Source: a virus
Lineage: Duplodnaviria > Caudoviricetes
Virus record (IMG/VR): IMGVR_UViG_3300042380_000737
Span: 1 to 35,522 of that record
Strand: one strand, 5' to 3'
Length of the DNA: 35,522 nt
Shown here piece after piece: positions 21,777 to 30,814 of this stretch (the stretch's first letter is position 1; every line of letters begins with the position of its first letter). Made by a program: the position numbers and the translations under genes. Under the pieces are notes generated by a model. That model saw nothing but the letters and a program-made list of their open reading frames with translations. It did not search any database and was not told the DNA's origin.

Positions 21777-22506
21777 GCTGTTTCCTTTGCGATGATTTGA
21801 TTAGCTCTTCGTCTTTCATGCCGACGGACATCCTGTACTTGATGCACCCCACCGACAGCCGATAAGTGCGCGCCGCGTCGGACAGTGTCATCTGACCAAG
21901 CGGTGTCTTGATGTAGACGTTTGCGCGCGTGTTGGACATCTGCTGCGCGCTCGTTTCCCACCGGCAGTTTTCCTTGTTGTAGCCGAGGTCATTGTCTTTT
22001 CTGCCAAGGCTCATTCCAGGTCCCCAAGATGAGCCCATGTCCTCCCAGAAAGAGTCGAAGCACAGCCACCGCTCATCCACCTGAATGCCCCTGCCTCCAT
22101 ACTCCGGATACCAACTGTTTGACTTGTTGAGGCAGCGCTGCTTCATGTCGGACCAGGTCCTATATGCGCGGTGCTTCGACATGCCGTGGCGCTTGTTTTT
22201 CGGCTTCGGCAGAGTGGCCAACATCTTTGCCCTCGTCTCGGGATCTGCCCATCTTTGCTTTGCCTTTTCTGCAGCCACGCAGCCGCAGGATTTTGACTGT
22301 CCTCCGCGAAGGCAAAAGCCGATCGAGACCGTCTCCCTGCCGCAGTCGCAGGCGCACATCCATCGGTCTTGCTTGTCGTGGCTGGTTGAGCGCCTCAGCA
22401 CAGTGAGCCTGCCAAACCTGCGGCCAAGCATGGCTTCATCCGATGACTTGAGCAGACGGCTTTGCCGCCGCGCCTCATCCGACGAGGCGGCGCCTTCTGG
22501 CGTCAC
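21766..22506 (-). CDS. Free-standing HNH homing endonuclease
   Basis: GRRFGRLTV...WMCACDCG...SKSCGC...HGMS...WSDMKQRC...YGGRGIQV...RKDNDLGYNKENCRWET. GTG 22506 overlaps the upstream stop. Confidence 0.85.
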   Translation of the reverse strand: MTPEGAASSDEARRQSRLLKSSDEAMLGRRFGRLTVLRRSTSHDKQDRWMCACDCGRETVSIGFCLRGGQSKSCGCVAAEKAKQRWADPETRAKMLATLPKPKNKRHGMSKHRAYRTWSDMKQRCLNKSNSWYPEYGGRGIQVDERWLCFDSFWEDMGSSWGPGMSLGRKDNDLGYNKENCRWETSAQQMSNTRANVYIKTPLGQMTLSDAARTYRLSVGCIKYRMSVGMKDEELIKSSQRKQHDK

Positions 22507-23063
22507 TTGAAAGCTCCTTCTGTGAGTTCGTGGAAGAGGTTGAGGAAGGCCGACTCGGCCTCCCACGGGCTAAGCTGCCTGATCTCGACATCGGCCGCGC
22601 CGCCGCGGATGTCCCACTTGGCGTAGTCGTTGGGATAGAACACGTTGCGCTCGGCGAGAAGCACGTCGTTGTCGGCCTGCTTGATGAGGGGGTCGAGCTC
22701 GAGGTCGAGGCCGTAAGTCGCCGCGATGGCCGCCCAGACTTCATCCTCCAGCTTCTGGTAGTCGGGGAGGGCGCGCTTGTTGGGGCGCGTCATGTCCCTG
22801 ATCAGGCCCTCCGGCGCGTCGTGCATCAGGCCAGCGAAGCGCAGATGCGGCGGCAGCAGGCTCGCCACAATGATGCTGTGCTCTGCCACCGTGAACCAGC
22901 CGCTGATCTGGCCTCCGTACCGGCACTCGCGCGCCAAGCCGGATGCGATGTCCAGCGGCTTGATGTCGCCTGGCCTGACGTCCTGCGGGTAGAACCGGCC
23001 ACCAGACCGCGTCCGCATCCAGTCGCCGACGCGGCCCTCGTAGAGGTTGTCGTCGGTCTTCAT
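22503..23063 (-). CDS. HD-domain 5'-deoxynucleotidase-like (YfbR/YfdR-like)
   Basis: DIASGLARECRYGGQ...TVAEHS...LMHDAPEG...D..RP.K...IKQADN. Confidence 0.85.
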   Translation of the reverse strand: MKTDDNLYEGRVGDWMRTRSGGRFYPQDVRPGDIKPLDIASGLARECRYGGQISGWFTVAEHSIIVASLLPPHLRFAGLMHDAPEGLIRDMTRPNKRALPDYQKLEDEVWAAIAATYGLDLELDPLIKQADNDVLLAERNVFYPNDYAKWDIRGGAADVEIRQLSPWEAESAFLNLFHELTEGAFK

Positions 23064-23647
23064 GCGAGACGGCCCAGCCGGATGGCGCGCTCGATCTCGG
23101 CCGGCACCGTGTCACGGCAGTACCAGTGAAGATCCTCGAGATCGCCGTCGTTGCAGACCTCGACGTCCGCCGCGAACTTCAGCGCGTGCTGCTCGCTCTC
23201 GTGATCGCCCGGCAGCAGGCCTGGGCGCGTGACGCGCAAGACGATGCCACCGAGGGATCGCACGGCCTCGTACTCGTTGGGGAAGCGCAGGTCCTCGGTG
23301 AGGATGTCGACGCCACGCGCCAGGTGCGGCGCGACGCTTCGCTTCCAGGCCTCGACCCAGATGTCCTCGCCGATCATCTGGCGGCCCCACTCGGTGCCGA
23401 GCGTGACCATCCCGTGGCGCGGCGTCTTGCCGCAGAGCTTGTCGCTCGGCAGCTCCTTGAGTTCGCCCTCGATCTCGGCATCGGTGAGTCCGATGGCGCG
23501 CAGCATGTCCTTCAGAGGCCCCGCGAATCGCACGCGCGCGGCGGGAAGGACCGATGCCAGGGCGTTGGCGGCTGAGGACTTGCCGGATCCCTTCAGCCCG
23601 CACAGGGCGATCAGGCGGCCCCGCGGAGCTTCTATCGTGGTGCTCAC
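23060..23647 (-). CDS. Deoxynucleoside monophosphate kinase
   Basis: GLKGSGKS P-loop, FAGPLK, TPR...LGTEWGR, DLRFPNE, HESE. Confidence 0.9.
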   Translation of the reverse strand: MSTTIEAPRGRLIALCGLKGSGKSSAANALASVLPAARVRFAGPLKDMLRAIGLTDAEIEGELKELPSDKLCGKTPRHGMVTLGTEWGRQMIGEDIWVEAWKRSVAPHLARGVDILTEDLRFPNEYEAVRSLGGIVLRVTRPGLLPGDHESEQHALKFAADVEVCNDGDLEDLHWYCRDTVPAEIERAIRLGRLA

Positions 23648-23676
23648 TTCTCCTTCTTTCTGCCGGCGCGCCGGCG

Positions 23677-24234
23677 TTACTGTTGCATTGCTGACGTTAT
23701 GCCGGCAAAGAAGCTAGCCAGCTCGTTCGGCTTCACGCTGTAGTCGAGCCACTTGCTGCGCCCTTCGCACGAAACCGTGATGCTTTGCAGGCCGGCGAAG
23801 AACTCCTTCGGCACAAGCAGCACATGCTGGACGCTTCGCCCCTCGGACATGCAGAAGCAGCAGATGAAGTCGCACAGCAGCGACTGCTTCTTGAACGAGA
23901 AGGCCCATCCCTTGGCCGCGTACTTCTTGTTGCGCTGCGTCGGCATTGCGCACTTGACGTCCACCTTGATGGCGCCGATCTCGAAGTCCCACTTCGACTG
24001 GAACTCCAGGCTGTTCATGTCGACTGCGGCCGGAACTAGCTCCTTGAACTTGGCCTCCGCCGTCGCCGCCAGCTTGTCGCGGTCGGATCCGTAGCGCAGC
24101 TTATCGCCAGTGACGGCGACGCCCTCCTTCTTGAGCTGAACGTAGAGCGTCTGCCAGTCGATACCAAGCTCATCGGCGGCCAGCTTGAGGTTCCTGTGCT
24201 TGCTGTAGGCGTCTGCGTAGATTGACATGGTCAT
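23677..24234 (-). CDS. HTH + PD-(D/E)xK endonuclease-like protein
   Basis: N-terminal HTH (LKLAADELGIDWQTLY), then AE..F...WDF...VDVK; lower GC; start uncertain. Confidence 0.65.
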   Translation of the reverse strand: MTMSIYADAYSKHRNLKLAADELGIDWQTLYVQLKKEGVAVTGDKLRYGSDRDKLAATAEAKFKELVPAAVDMNSLEFQSKWDFEIGAIKVDVKCAMPTQRNKKYAAKGWAFSFKKQSLLCDFICCFCMSEGRSVQHVLLVPKEFFAGLQSITVSCEGRSKWLDYSVKPNELASFFAGITSAMQQ

Positions 24235-24320
24235 CCTGTAGTTAAGGTGCGCGGATGCTAAGTCGTCTGTCGTCAAACGCTTAATACACAGAAGTCATAA
24301 CTCGTCTGGCTCTTATGTCG

Positions 24321-24827
24321 TCAGAAGGGGATATCGTCATCCATGTCGGAGAACCCGGTGTGCGGAGTGGCCTGCTGCGGCGCCTGGCGCGGCGCAGGCG
24401 AGGGCGCCGCGCCGCGGGTCTGCGGCGCACCACGCGGCGCGGGCGCAGCGCTATGGCCGCCGCGCTGATCGCCGCCGGCGTCGGAGCGCTCGCCGCGGCC
24501 GCCCAGCAGGCGCAGCTGGTCGGCGATGATCTCGGTGGTGTACTTCTCGACGCCGTCCTTGTCGGTCCACTTGCGCGTCTTCAGGCGGCCCTCGACGTAA
24601 GCGAGCTGACCCTTCTTGATGTACTCGCCGGCAATCTCGGCCAAGCGGTCGTAGAAGACGATGCGATGCCACTCGGTTTCTTCCTGCTTTTCGCCGGTCG
24701 TCTTGTCCTTCCAGCTGCGGCTGGTGGCGATGCTTGCGTTCGTGATGGCGGAGCCGCTCGGCGCGTACCGCGTTTCTGCGTCCTTGCCGGCGTAGCCGAC
24801 GACGATGACCTTGTTCACAGATGACAT
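24321..24827 (-). CDS. ssb: Single-stranded DNA-binding protein
   Basis: SVNKVIVVG...ETEWHR...YVEGRLKTRKW...DDDIPF acidic tail. Confidence 0.97.
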   Translation of the reverse strand: MSSVNKVIVVGYAGKDAETRYAPSGSAITNASIATSRSWKDKTTGEKQEETEWHRIVFYDRLAEIAGEYIKKGQLAYVEGRLKTRKWTDKDGVEKYTTEIIADQLRLLGGRGERSDAGGDQRGGHSAAPAPRGAPQTRGAAPSPAPRQAPQQATPHTGFSDMDDDIPF

Positions 24828-24843
24828 GTTGATTCCCGTGTGG

Positions 24844-25020
24844 TTACTTGATGCGCCGGTCGGCCTTCTTGAGGGCCCGGTACGCACCACGCTCTGAGCG
24901 CGGCGAGTTCCAGGCCGTCGTCCTGCTGCCAGGACTCGCGACGATGTCGCGATCGGGGAACGCCGGCGGGGTCATGTCTTCCGCCATACGGCGGAGCGCC
25001 TTCGCCCGCCGGCCGTTCAC
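24844..25020 (-). CDS. Hypothetical protein
   Basis: GTG 25020 coupled to the upstream TGA; NGRRAKALRR...RGAYRALKK. Confidence 0.6.
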   Translation of the reverse strand: MNGRRAKALRRMAEDMTPPAFPDRDIVASPGSRTTAWNSPRSERGAYRALKKADRRIK

Positions 25021-25199
25021 ACCAGCTCCAGCTGGCCTGCGCGGCAGCTGACGGTCTTGCCGTCGCTGGTCTTTACGTCGTACCACGGGCCGCGCGCCGT
25101 GTCGCGCACGGCGGCGATCTTGCCGGAGCCGGTGGTCTTGCGCGCGCGGTAGTTCACGGCTGCGCCCTTCTTCAGGCGCGGGGTGGTGGTCTTGGTCAT
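25017..25199 (-). CDS. Small basic SH3/Tudor-like protein
   Basis: LKKGAAVNY...GSGKI...PWYDVKTSDGKTV; AAAGG RBS. Confidence 0.6.
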   Translation of the reverse strand: MTKTTTPRLKKGAAVNYRARKTTGSGKIAAVRDTARGPWYDVKTSDGKTVSCRAGQLELV

Positions 25200-25308
25200 G
25201 TTGCCTTTCGTCTGTGGTTGAAGCGCTGCTAGGCGGCCGCCAGCAGCTTGTCCTTGGAGATGGGTGCGCGGAAAAAGTTCTCCAGTTCGCGCACCTTGGC
25301 CGCAAATT

Positions 25309-26022
25309 TCAGCCGGGCGCCATCGTCGCAGCGAGCCTTGCCTCCGCCTGGCGGAGCAGCTCTTCCTTGGTAGACGATGCGGCGCGGTGGGTGCGATCGA
25401 ACTCGGCAACGACCTCGGCGTAGTACAGCCGCGCCGCCTTCACCTTCTCGACCATCCGCGCTTCGATCTCGAGGTCGCGCGTCACCGTCCACGTCGTAAC
25501 GCGGTGATGTTCCGGAATGTGGCTGACGATGTGCAGAGCAAGCGGCTCGTAGCGAATCAGGTCGGCCGGCGTGTCGACCAGCACGTAGTCGACGTGCCAG
25601 CGCGGCGCATCCCAGAGGCGCATGTAGGTCCGCATCTGGTACTCGTAGGCCTTGTCCTCGCAGTCGACGATGGAGATGGGGAACGTGGCCGCCGACCAGG
25701 CGCACTTCGTGTCCCGCCCCTCGCGCGTCGGCGCGTGGAAGACGTCGCACTCGCCGGTGAAGAACTCGTCCTCTCGGCGCTCGGAGTTCTTGCGCAGATC
25801 AAGGCCCTTGACCCTGCCGACGGTCGCGATCGCCTCATCCTCGACGAGGATGCCCTTCTCCATCTCCTTGCTGGAGATCTCGAACGCGATCCCGAGGATG
25901 TCCTGCGCGGCGAGCTGGCGAATGTAGGTCTTGGCGCCAACGGAGAGCGGGCCCTCCTTCAGCGTCTTGGGCTCGGTCATGATCTTGCCGACCGAGGAGG
26001 CGCGCAGCTTGAGGGGCCTCAT
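25309..26022 (-). CDS. Lambda-exonuclease/YqaJ-like nuclease
   Basis: RASSVGKIMT...MEKG...E...TGECD...DTKC.W...YEYQMRTYM; next to ERF. Confidence 0.85.
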   Translation of the reverse strand: MRPLKLRASSVGKIMTEPKTLKEGPLSVGAKTYIRQLAAQDILGIAFEISSKEMEKGILVEDEAIATVGRVKGLDLRKNSERREDEFFTGECDVFHAPTREGRDTKCAWSAATFPISIVDCEDKAYEYQMRTYMRLWDAPRWHVDYVLVDTPADLIRYEPLALHIVSHIPEHHRVTTWTVTRDLEIEARMVEKVKAARLYYAEVVAEFDRTHRAASSTKEELLRQAEARLAATMAPG

Positions 26023-26831
26023 TGCTGGCCCCCGGCGACGCCGGCAGAGGCGCTGGGCTGTGCGGCCTCGGCGGCGCGCAGGGCGGCCCCGCGAGCCTGC
26101 ACGGCGCTCGCGAAGAGCTTGTAGGCCTCGACGTCGCCGGCACCGCGGAAGTGCTTTTGGCCGTCGCGAGAGACCGCCTGGAGCTCCTCGATCGTCTGCG
26201 CCAGGGCCGCTCGCCCAGACCACACCTCCAGCGGATCCGGCAACGGCTCCGCGCCCTGGCCGTCGTCGTCATCGCCCTTCTCGGCGACGCCAGTGATGGC
26301 CTTGAGCGTGTGCCGCTCGAGGTAGGTCTTGGTGCTGATGACGGCCTGGATGCTGTTCTTGCCGCCGCTCTGGTCCGGCGCAGCGCCGAGCGTCACCGAC
26401 TCGCTGTGGCCGGCCTTGTGCGTCAGCACGCAGGTCACCTCGAGCCAGTCGCGCTCCTGTTTCATAGACCACTTCCACGAGAAGCCGTGCTTGGACAGCG
26501 GTCCCGCGACGGCGTCCACCACATCCGAGAGCTCGGCGTGTTTGTAGGTCGTGCGCCCCTTCTGGGTCGTGAAGTCGACGAGCTTGCGCTTGATGATCTC
26601 CACGGCCTCGCCCTTGAACGCGGCCATGCCGTCGTCGAAGGCCTTCTTGGCCTCGTTGGCCTCCCAACGCTCCTGCAGCGCCATCAGGCGCTCCAGGCGG
26701 TCGAGGTCGGCCCCTTGCGCGACAGCGATCTGCAGCAGTACCGCCGGGCTGGTGGCTTGTGTGGCTAGGTGGCCTTGCGGCCGACTGCTGGCCGGGTCTT
26801 GATGGGGCTCCAGCTCGAGAATTTCAGACAT
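26019..26831 (-). CDS. ERF-family ssDNA-annealing recombinase
   Basis: DLDRLERLMALQERW...YKHAEL...LSKHG...VTCVLTHKAGHSE...IQA..ST.TYLERHTL...DDDG. Confidence 0.9.
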   Translation of the reverse strand: MSEILELEPHQDPASSRPQGHLATQATSPAVLLQIAVAQGADLDRLERLMALQERWEANEAKKAFDDGMAAFKGEAVEIIKRKLVDFTTQKGRTTYKHAELSDVVDAVAGPLSKHGFSWKWSMKQERDWLEVTCVLTHKAGHSESVTLGAAPDQSGGKNSIQAVISTKTYLERHTLKAITGVAEKGDDDDGQGAEPLPDPLEVWSGRAALAQTIEELQAVSRDGQKHFRGAGDVEAYKLFASAVQARGAALRAAEAAQPSASAGVAGGQQ

Positions 26832-26874
26832 AGCTATCTCCTGTTGACTAAATGTTGACGGAACAACAGAAAGT

Positions 26875-27537
26875 TTACTGCTTTTCGCGCTTGGTGGCGT
26901 GGTATTTCTTGAGCGACGCCGAGCGTTTTGCCCTCTCCTCTGGCGGCTGCACTCGGCCCGTTCGAGACGCCGACATCTTGGCTCGCGCCTCCGGTGAAGC
27001 GACGCGCCCAACAGCCGCCGCAGCTATCTTTGCGCGGACATCCGGAGAGGCCATAGCCGCTCGCAGGGCGGGCAGGTAGGCTTCAATCTCCTCTGGCGAC
27101 TTCTTGCTGCCCTTGCGCGCCGCCGACATCTTTGCCTTTTGCTGCTCTGTCTTTGGGCGGCCTCGCATGTATGCACTGATCTTGGCGACATGCTCAGGGC
27201 TCAGGCGGCGCCCCTTCTTGGCGGCGGAGATGCGCGCCTTTGCTTCTTCTGTTTGCCGGCGCCCAAGCGCGCCTTCGCCGCCGTCCGTGATGTTGCAAAG
27301 GCCCGCCCCCATGCCGCGGAAAGTGGCAATAAGGAACCTTTCATGCTCTGACGCTTCGACGTTTGTTGCCCACGGTGACAGCATGCGCACCTCGACCCCG
27401 TATTTGGCGACGATGTTGTGCCAGTGCTTGTTGCGCCCGCCTTTGCTCCAAGCCCGCTTGCCGCACCCCTTGCCGACGTAGAAAGGCATGGCCTCCCCTG
27501 GCCTGCAGTGCATGTAGGTGTAGAAGTGCCCGCTCAC
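26875..27537 (-). CDS. GIY-YIG-like / NUMOD3 homing endonuclease
   Basis: FYTYMH...PFYVGKG...R...E..LI...NITDGGEG followed by repeated (K)MSA.RKG NUMOD3-like units; GTG overlaps the upstream TGA. Confidence 0.85.
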   Translation of the reverse strand: MSGHFYTYMHCRPGEAMPFYVGKGCGKRAWSKGGRNKHWHNIVAKYGVEVRMLSPWATNVEASEHERFLIATFRGMGAGLCNITDGGEGALGRRQTEEAKARISAAKKGRRLSPEHVAKISAYMRGRPKTEQQKAKMSAARKGSKKSPEEIEAYLPALRAAMASPDVRAKIAAAAVGRVASPEARAKMSASRTGRVQPPEERAKRSASLKKYHATKREKQ

Positions 27538-28784
27538 GCCACCACGTTCGAGATGCGATCGATCTCGGCCATCGCGTCGTACGAGCCCAGCCACTCGGCG
27601 GCCACCATCGGCTCGACCTTGAAGGCCTTGGCCATGGCGGCGGTGATGGCGGCGTCCGCCGGGCGCAGCTTCTGCGCAGGCTCGGCGACGGCCTGGGCCG
27701 AGGCAGCCGCACGCTCGGCTGCGAAGGCGTCTTCCTGGGCGGCGCGCTGCAGCTCGGCCAGGCGCTCAGACTCCTGCCGATCGATCTCCTCCTGGCGCGC
27801 GATGGCCTGGGCCTCGATCTCCTCCTCGCGGCGGCGCAGGGCGGCGATCTCGGCGGCCAGCTGATCGCGCTGGGCCTGGGTCTCGCGCTCCGCGGCCATC
27901 CGGCGCTCTTCGATCTCGCGGCGCGCGGCCTCTTTGGCGGCCAGGCGCTCGCCTTCGATGCGCTTGGCCTCGGCCGCCGCCGCCTCCTCCTGGGCGCGCC
28001 GAGCCGCCGCAGCGGCCTCTTCGGCGGCCTTGGCTGCGGCCTGCGCGGCGGCGAGCTCGGCGCGCTGGCGCTCGAGCTCGGCGCGCTCGGCGGCCAGGCG
28101 CTCGGCCTCCAGGCGCAGGCGCTCGGCCTCGGCCTCGGCCGCCCGGGCGGCCTCGAGCATGGCGCGCAGCTTCGTCAGCACCGTCTCGGCGGCGGCCTCG
28201 GCCTCGCCCTGGAACTCCTCGAAGGAGGCCTTGTCGGCGGCCACGACCTCGACGCCGACGATCGACAGCTCGATCTCGCCGGACGGCAGGCCGACGCAGG
28301 CCGCGGGCTGCGCGAAGATCGTGTTGATCTTCTCGCGGATGGCCGCCACGCGAGCGCGCTCGGCCTCCTCCTTCTCGCGGCGCACGCGCTCGATCTCAGC
28401 CTCTGCGGCTTCGATGCGCGGGGTGATGAGTTGCTCGGCCTCGTCGTAGGCCGCCACGATCTGCTCCTCGGCTTGGCCGATGGACTTGCTTGTCGCGGCC
28501 AGCTTGGACTTGAGGTCCTTGCTGATGCGGCGCGCGTCTGCACGCGGCTGTCCGATCAGGCGCCAGCGCAGGCTCCTGGCTTCGTCGATGCGGGAGGCGC
28601 TGGACAGGTCCATGACCGTCGCCGCCAGGATGGTCTTGGTCGACGAGACCGCGGACTGCCAGTCCCCGAACTGCGCCAGCGCCAGGTCGGTGAGGTTCAG
28701 GCGCTTGATGTCCAGCTGCCCGCCGGGCTGCGAATCGACGACTTCGGTGGCCACCTCGGCGGCGGCGTCTTGAGCGACTTCCAT
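27534..28784 (-). CDS. Long coiled-coil phage protein
   Basis: A/E/R-rich helical protein; AAGGAG RBS before ATG 28784; promoter directly upstream. Confidence 0.8.
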   Translation of the reverse strand: MEVAQDAAAEVATEVVDSQPGGQLDIKRLNLTDLALAQFGDWQSAVSSTKTILAATVMDLSSASRIDEARSLRWRLIGQPRADARRISKDLKSKLAATSKSIGQAEEQIVAAYDEAEQLITPRIEAAEAEIERVRREKEEAERARVAAIREKINTIFAQPAACVGLPSGEIELSIVGVEVVAADKASFEEFQGEAEAAAETVLTKLRAMLEAARAAEAEAERLRLEAERLAAERAELERQRAELAAAQAAAKAAEEAAAAARRAQEEAAAAEAKRIEGERLAAKEAARREIEERRMAAERETQAQRDQLAAEIAALRRREEEIEAQAIARQEEIDRQESERLAELQRAAQEDAFAAERAAASAQAVAEPAQKLRPADAAITAAMAKAFKVEPMVAAEWLGSYDAMAEIDRISNVVA

Positions 28785-28811
28785 GTGTTGGACTCCTTGT
28801 TGCGACAACGA

Positions 28812-28839
28812 ATTATACAACCTGTTGTTGGCAACGCAA
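28812..28839 (-). promoter_or_regulatory. Sigma70-like promoter with operator
   Basis: TTGCGT-16-TATAAT, with CAACCTGTTGTTG (28818-28830) in the spacer. Confidence 0.7.
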
Positions 28840-28846
28840 CAGGTAT

Positions 28847-29035
28847 TTAGTACCTGGCTCTTGACGCGCCGCTGGCGCGGTTGTCCCACTGTCTGTCGGC
28901 CTCGAGGGCGCTGGCGGCGCCGTCGGCTTCGTCGTCAAACCTGCTTCCGATCGCGAGGATGGCGCACAGGCCGAAGCCGATGACCACGCCTCCCCAGAGG
29001 GCGACGGCGTGCGTCATGAATGAGGTGATTGTCAT
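28847..29035 (-). CDS. Small membrane protein
   Basis: AGGAG RBS; hydrophobic AVALWGGVVIGFGLCAILAIG. Confidence 0.6.
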   Translation of the reverse strand: MTITSFMTHAVALWGGVVIGFGLCAILAIGSRFDDEADGAASALEADRQWDNRASGASRARY

Positions 29036-29063
29036 GGGTGCTCCTGTTGCGAAGCCCTCATTC

Positions 29064-29086
29064 TGCAACAACAATGTGTTGTTGCA
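29064..29086. promoter_or_regulatory. Operator-like palindrome
   Basis: TGCAACAACA-ATG-TGTTGTTGCA, containing CAAC-N5-GTTG. Confidence 0.65.
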
Positions 29087-29098
29087 TCAGGACAAACC

Positions 29099-29371
29099 CT
29101 ACTTCTTTGCCTTGGTGTACATCTCGGGGTGGCTGCGGCGCCACGCGCGGTTGGTGCTGGCGTCCACCGCGCGCAGGTTGCTCCGCGTGTCGGCGCCGCC
29201 CTTGTCGAGCGGCTTCTTGTGGTCCAGCTCCTTGCCGTCGCCGACCTTCACCCGCCCCTCGGCGATCGCCTCCCGGCGGTTGCGGTTGTAGGCCACGCGC
29301 TTGGCGACCTCCTCGGGCCGCGCGTTGCGCTCGGCCTGGGTCTTCAGCTTCTGGGTAGAGGACTTCGGCAT
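29099..29371 (-). CDS. Small HNH endonuclease
   Basis: GDGKELDHKKPLDKGG...NLR.V....NR. Confidence 0.85.
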   Translation of the reverse strand: MPKSSTQKLKTQAERNARPEEVAKRVAYNRNRREAIAEGRVKVGDGKELDHKKPLDKGGADTRSNLRAVDASTNRAWRRSHPEMYTKAKK

Positions 29372-29385
29372 GCTGACTTTCCGCC

Positions 29386-29586
29386 TCACCAGTAGTAGAT
29401 GTGAGGCTTGCTTGCGTGAGGCCACAAGACGCGGTCCATGGCGTCAAGATCGGCCACCTTGATGCACTTCTTCTCGAGCCTGCGCGACAGCGCGCGCATG
29501 GGGCGCTCGTAGAAGATGTGGTGCCACCAGCCGGGGCTCTTCGATGGGTGAAACTTTTGGCCGCGGTGGTGTCGAGTGCGAGACAT
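29386..29586 (-). CDS. Hypothetical protein
   Basis: AGGAG RBS; MSRT...PGWW...KPHIYYW. Confidence 0.65.
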   Translation of the reverse strand: MSRTRHHRGQKFHPSKSPGWWHHIFYERPMRALSRRLEKKCIKVADLDAMDRVLWPHASKPHIYYW

Positions 29587-29638
29587 GAATTGCTCCTGGG
29601 GTTGAGGTCACAATGTCATGTCGGTCTCCTGTGTTGGG

Positions 29639-29714
29639 TGGAGCGGCAACCGGGACTCGAACCCGGAACCTCCTGCGTGGAAGGCAAGAGCTCTACCAGT
29701 TGAGCTACTGCCGC
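29639..29714 (-). tRNA. tRNA-Gly (anticodon TCC)
   Basis: 76 nt: GCGGCAG acceptor, TAGCTCAACTGGTAGAGC D-arm, CTTCCAC anticodon loop, GGTTCGAGTCC T-arm, encoded TCCA end. Confidence 0.95.
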
Positions 29715-29720
29715 GTTGAA

Positions 29721-29818
29721 GATGGTGGCCGGCGCTGATCTCCGGCTTGCGGCCCTTCTCCCGGCGGGTTGCCATCGGGGCCGCTTGACAAAGCGCATCA
29801 GCCTGCGCATCCACCATC
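29721..29818 (-). ncRNA. Cloverleaf-like structured RNA with complementary loops
   Basis: GATGGTG/CACCATC closing stem with three hairpins; GCTGAT (hairpin 1) is complementary to ATCAGC (loop 3). Confidence 0.55.
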
Positions 29819-30776
29819 ACGACTGCGCCCCGGCATCCCCACAGGGCCGGCCTGCCGAGTCGAACGGCGGGCCCTCCGGAAGCCCCCGAGCCCCTTGCGC
29901 TGGGTAGCGCAGCCTGGGCGCATGCGTGATGGTGAGAGTCGCAGGGAGCTGGCTCCGATCCGCCTGTGTCCTTCGTCCGCCCCCGTTGTGAAGGAAGGCC
30001 TTCTGGCACGACGCGCTCGAGGCGCGCGGCCGGTTTCAGCGGCACCGCACTTACTGTGCGACTCTCGTGTCGGCAGGCCGGGCGCTACTCCGGCAGAGGC
30101 TGCGGTCCGCCTTACGACATCAGGTGACCCGGGTGTACGTACCCACCCCGCCCGGCCGCTGATCCTGTCTTCCCGCCTGAGTCGAACAGGCGCTTACTGG
30201 CTGTTTGCCGCGCGCTTAGAAATTGCGGCCCCTGCCCACACGAAAGCCCCCGTCTCTCCGAGGTGTCTCGCGCTCTTTCCTGTGCCATGGTCCCGCGTTG
30301 ACCACTCGTTTCGTTCGAGCTTCGCCTGCGCAGCCGCTACTCCGCGCATGTCGTTGGGCGCGGCTACGTGAGATACCTTGTACTTCGGCGACTCTCAGAT
30401 CATGGCCCCGGGCTCGACACCGGGTCAGCAGCACCAGCCAGCTGCCTGCTACGGGTTGCGCGTCCGCAGAGCCCGTTCTCTTTCCTATCAGCGCCTTCGC
30501 AGTGCCAGCCACGTCGATCACGTCGCCCCGGCATCGAGTTTTTCTGCACCGCGCCTAGCGTGTCCCTCCACGCCGGCCATGATCTGAAAGTCCCCGCTAC
30601 TCTCCCGGGGTGGTCACGCTGTTCCTTTGATCCACTCGCGTTCGTGGAGGAGCGGGTCTAAGCCGCACGGCGTTGGTCATTCGCCTGCTGGTGTGCACTT
30701 AGGGACCCAGCATCCCCACAAGGAGCCCGCCATCGGCGGATGCGCGTGCACTGCGCGGTTCGCAACTGACGGCGTG

Positions 30777-30814
30777 ACTATACACTCTTCGGTTGCTACG
30801 GCAACATTTTTTTG
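30777..30814 (-). promoter_or_regulatory. Leftward early (PL-like) promoter with operator
   Basis: TTGCCG-16-TATAGT; near-operator CAACATTTTTTTG (30802-30814) overlaps the -35. Confidence 0.6.

Noticed and set aside
21321-23063. Z-genome (DatZ/MazZ/PurZ) pathway
   Set aside because: HD and MazG-like genes are present but no PurZ-like synthetase is in the window, and both enzyme types are common in ordinary phages.
27363-28850. 495-aa plus-strand ORF
   Set aside because: Antisense shadow of the coiled-coil gene, which has its own RBS and promoter on the minus strand.
29608-30661. ORFs across the tRNA and leader region
   Set aside because: They overlap the tRNA and hairpins, lack RBS and codon bias, and resemble no protein.
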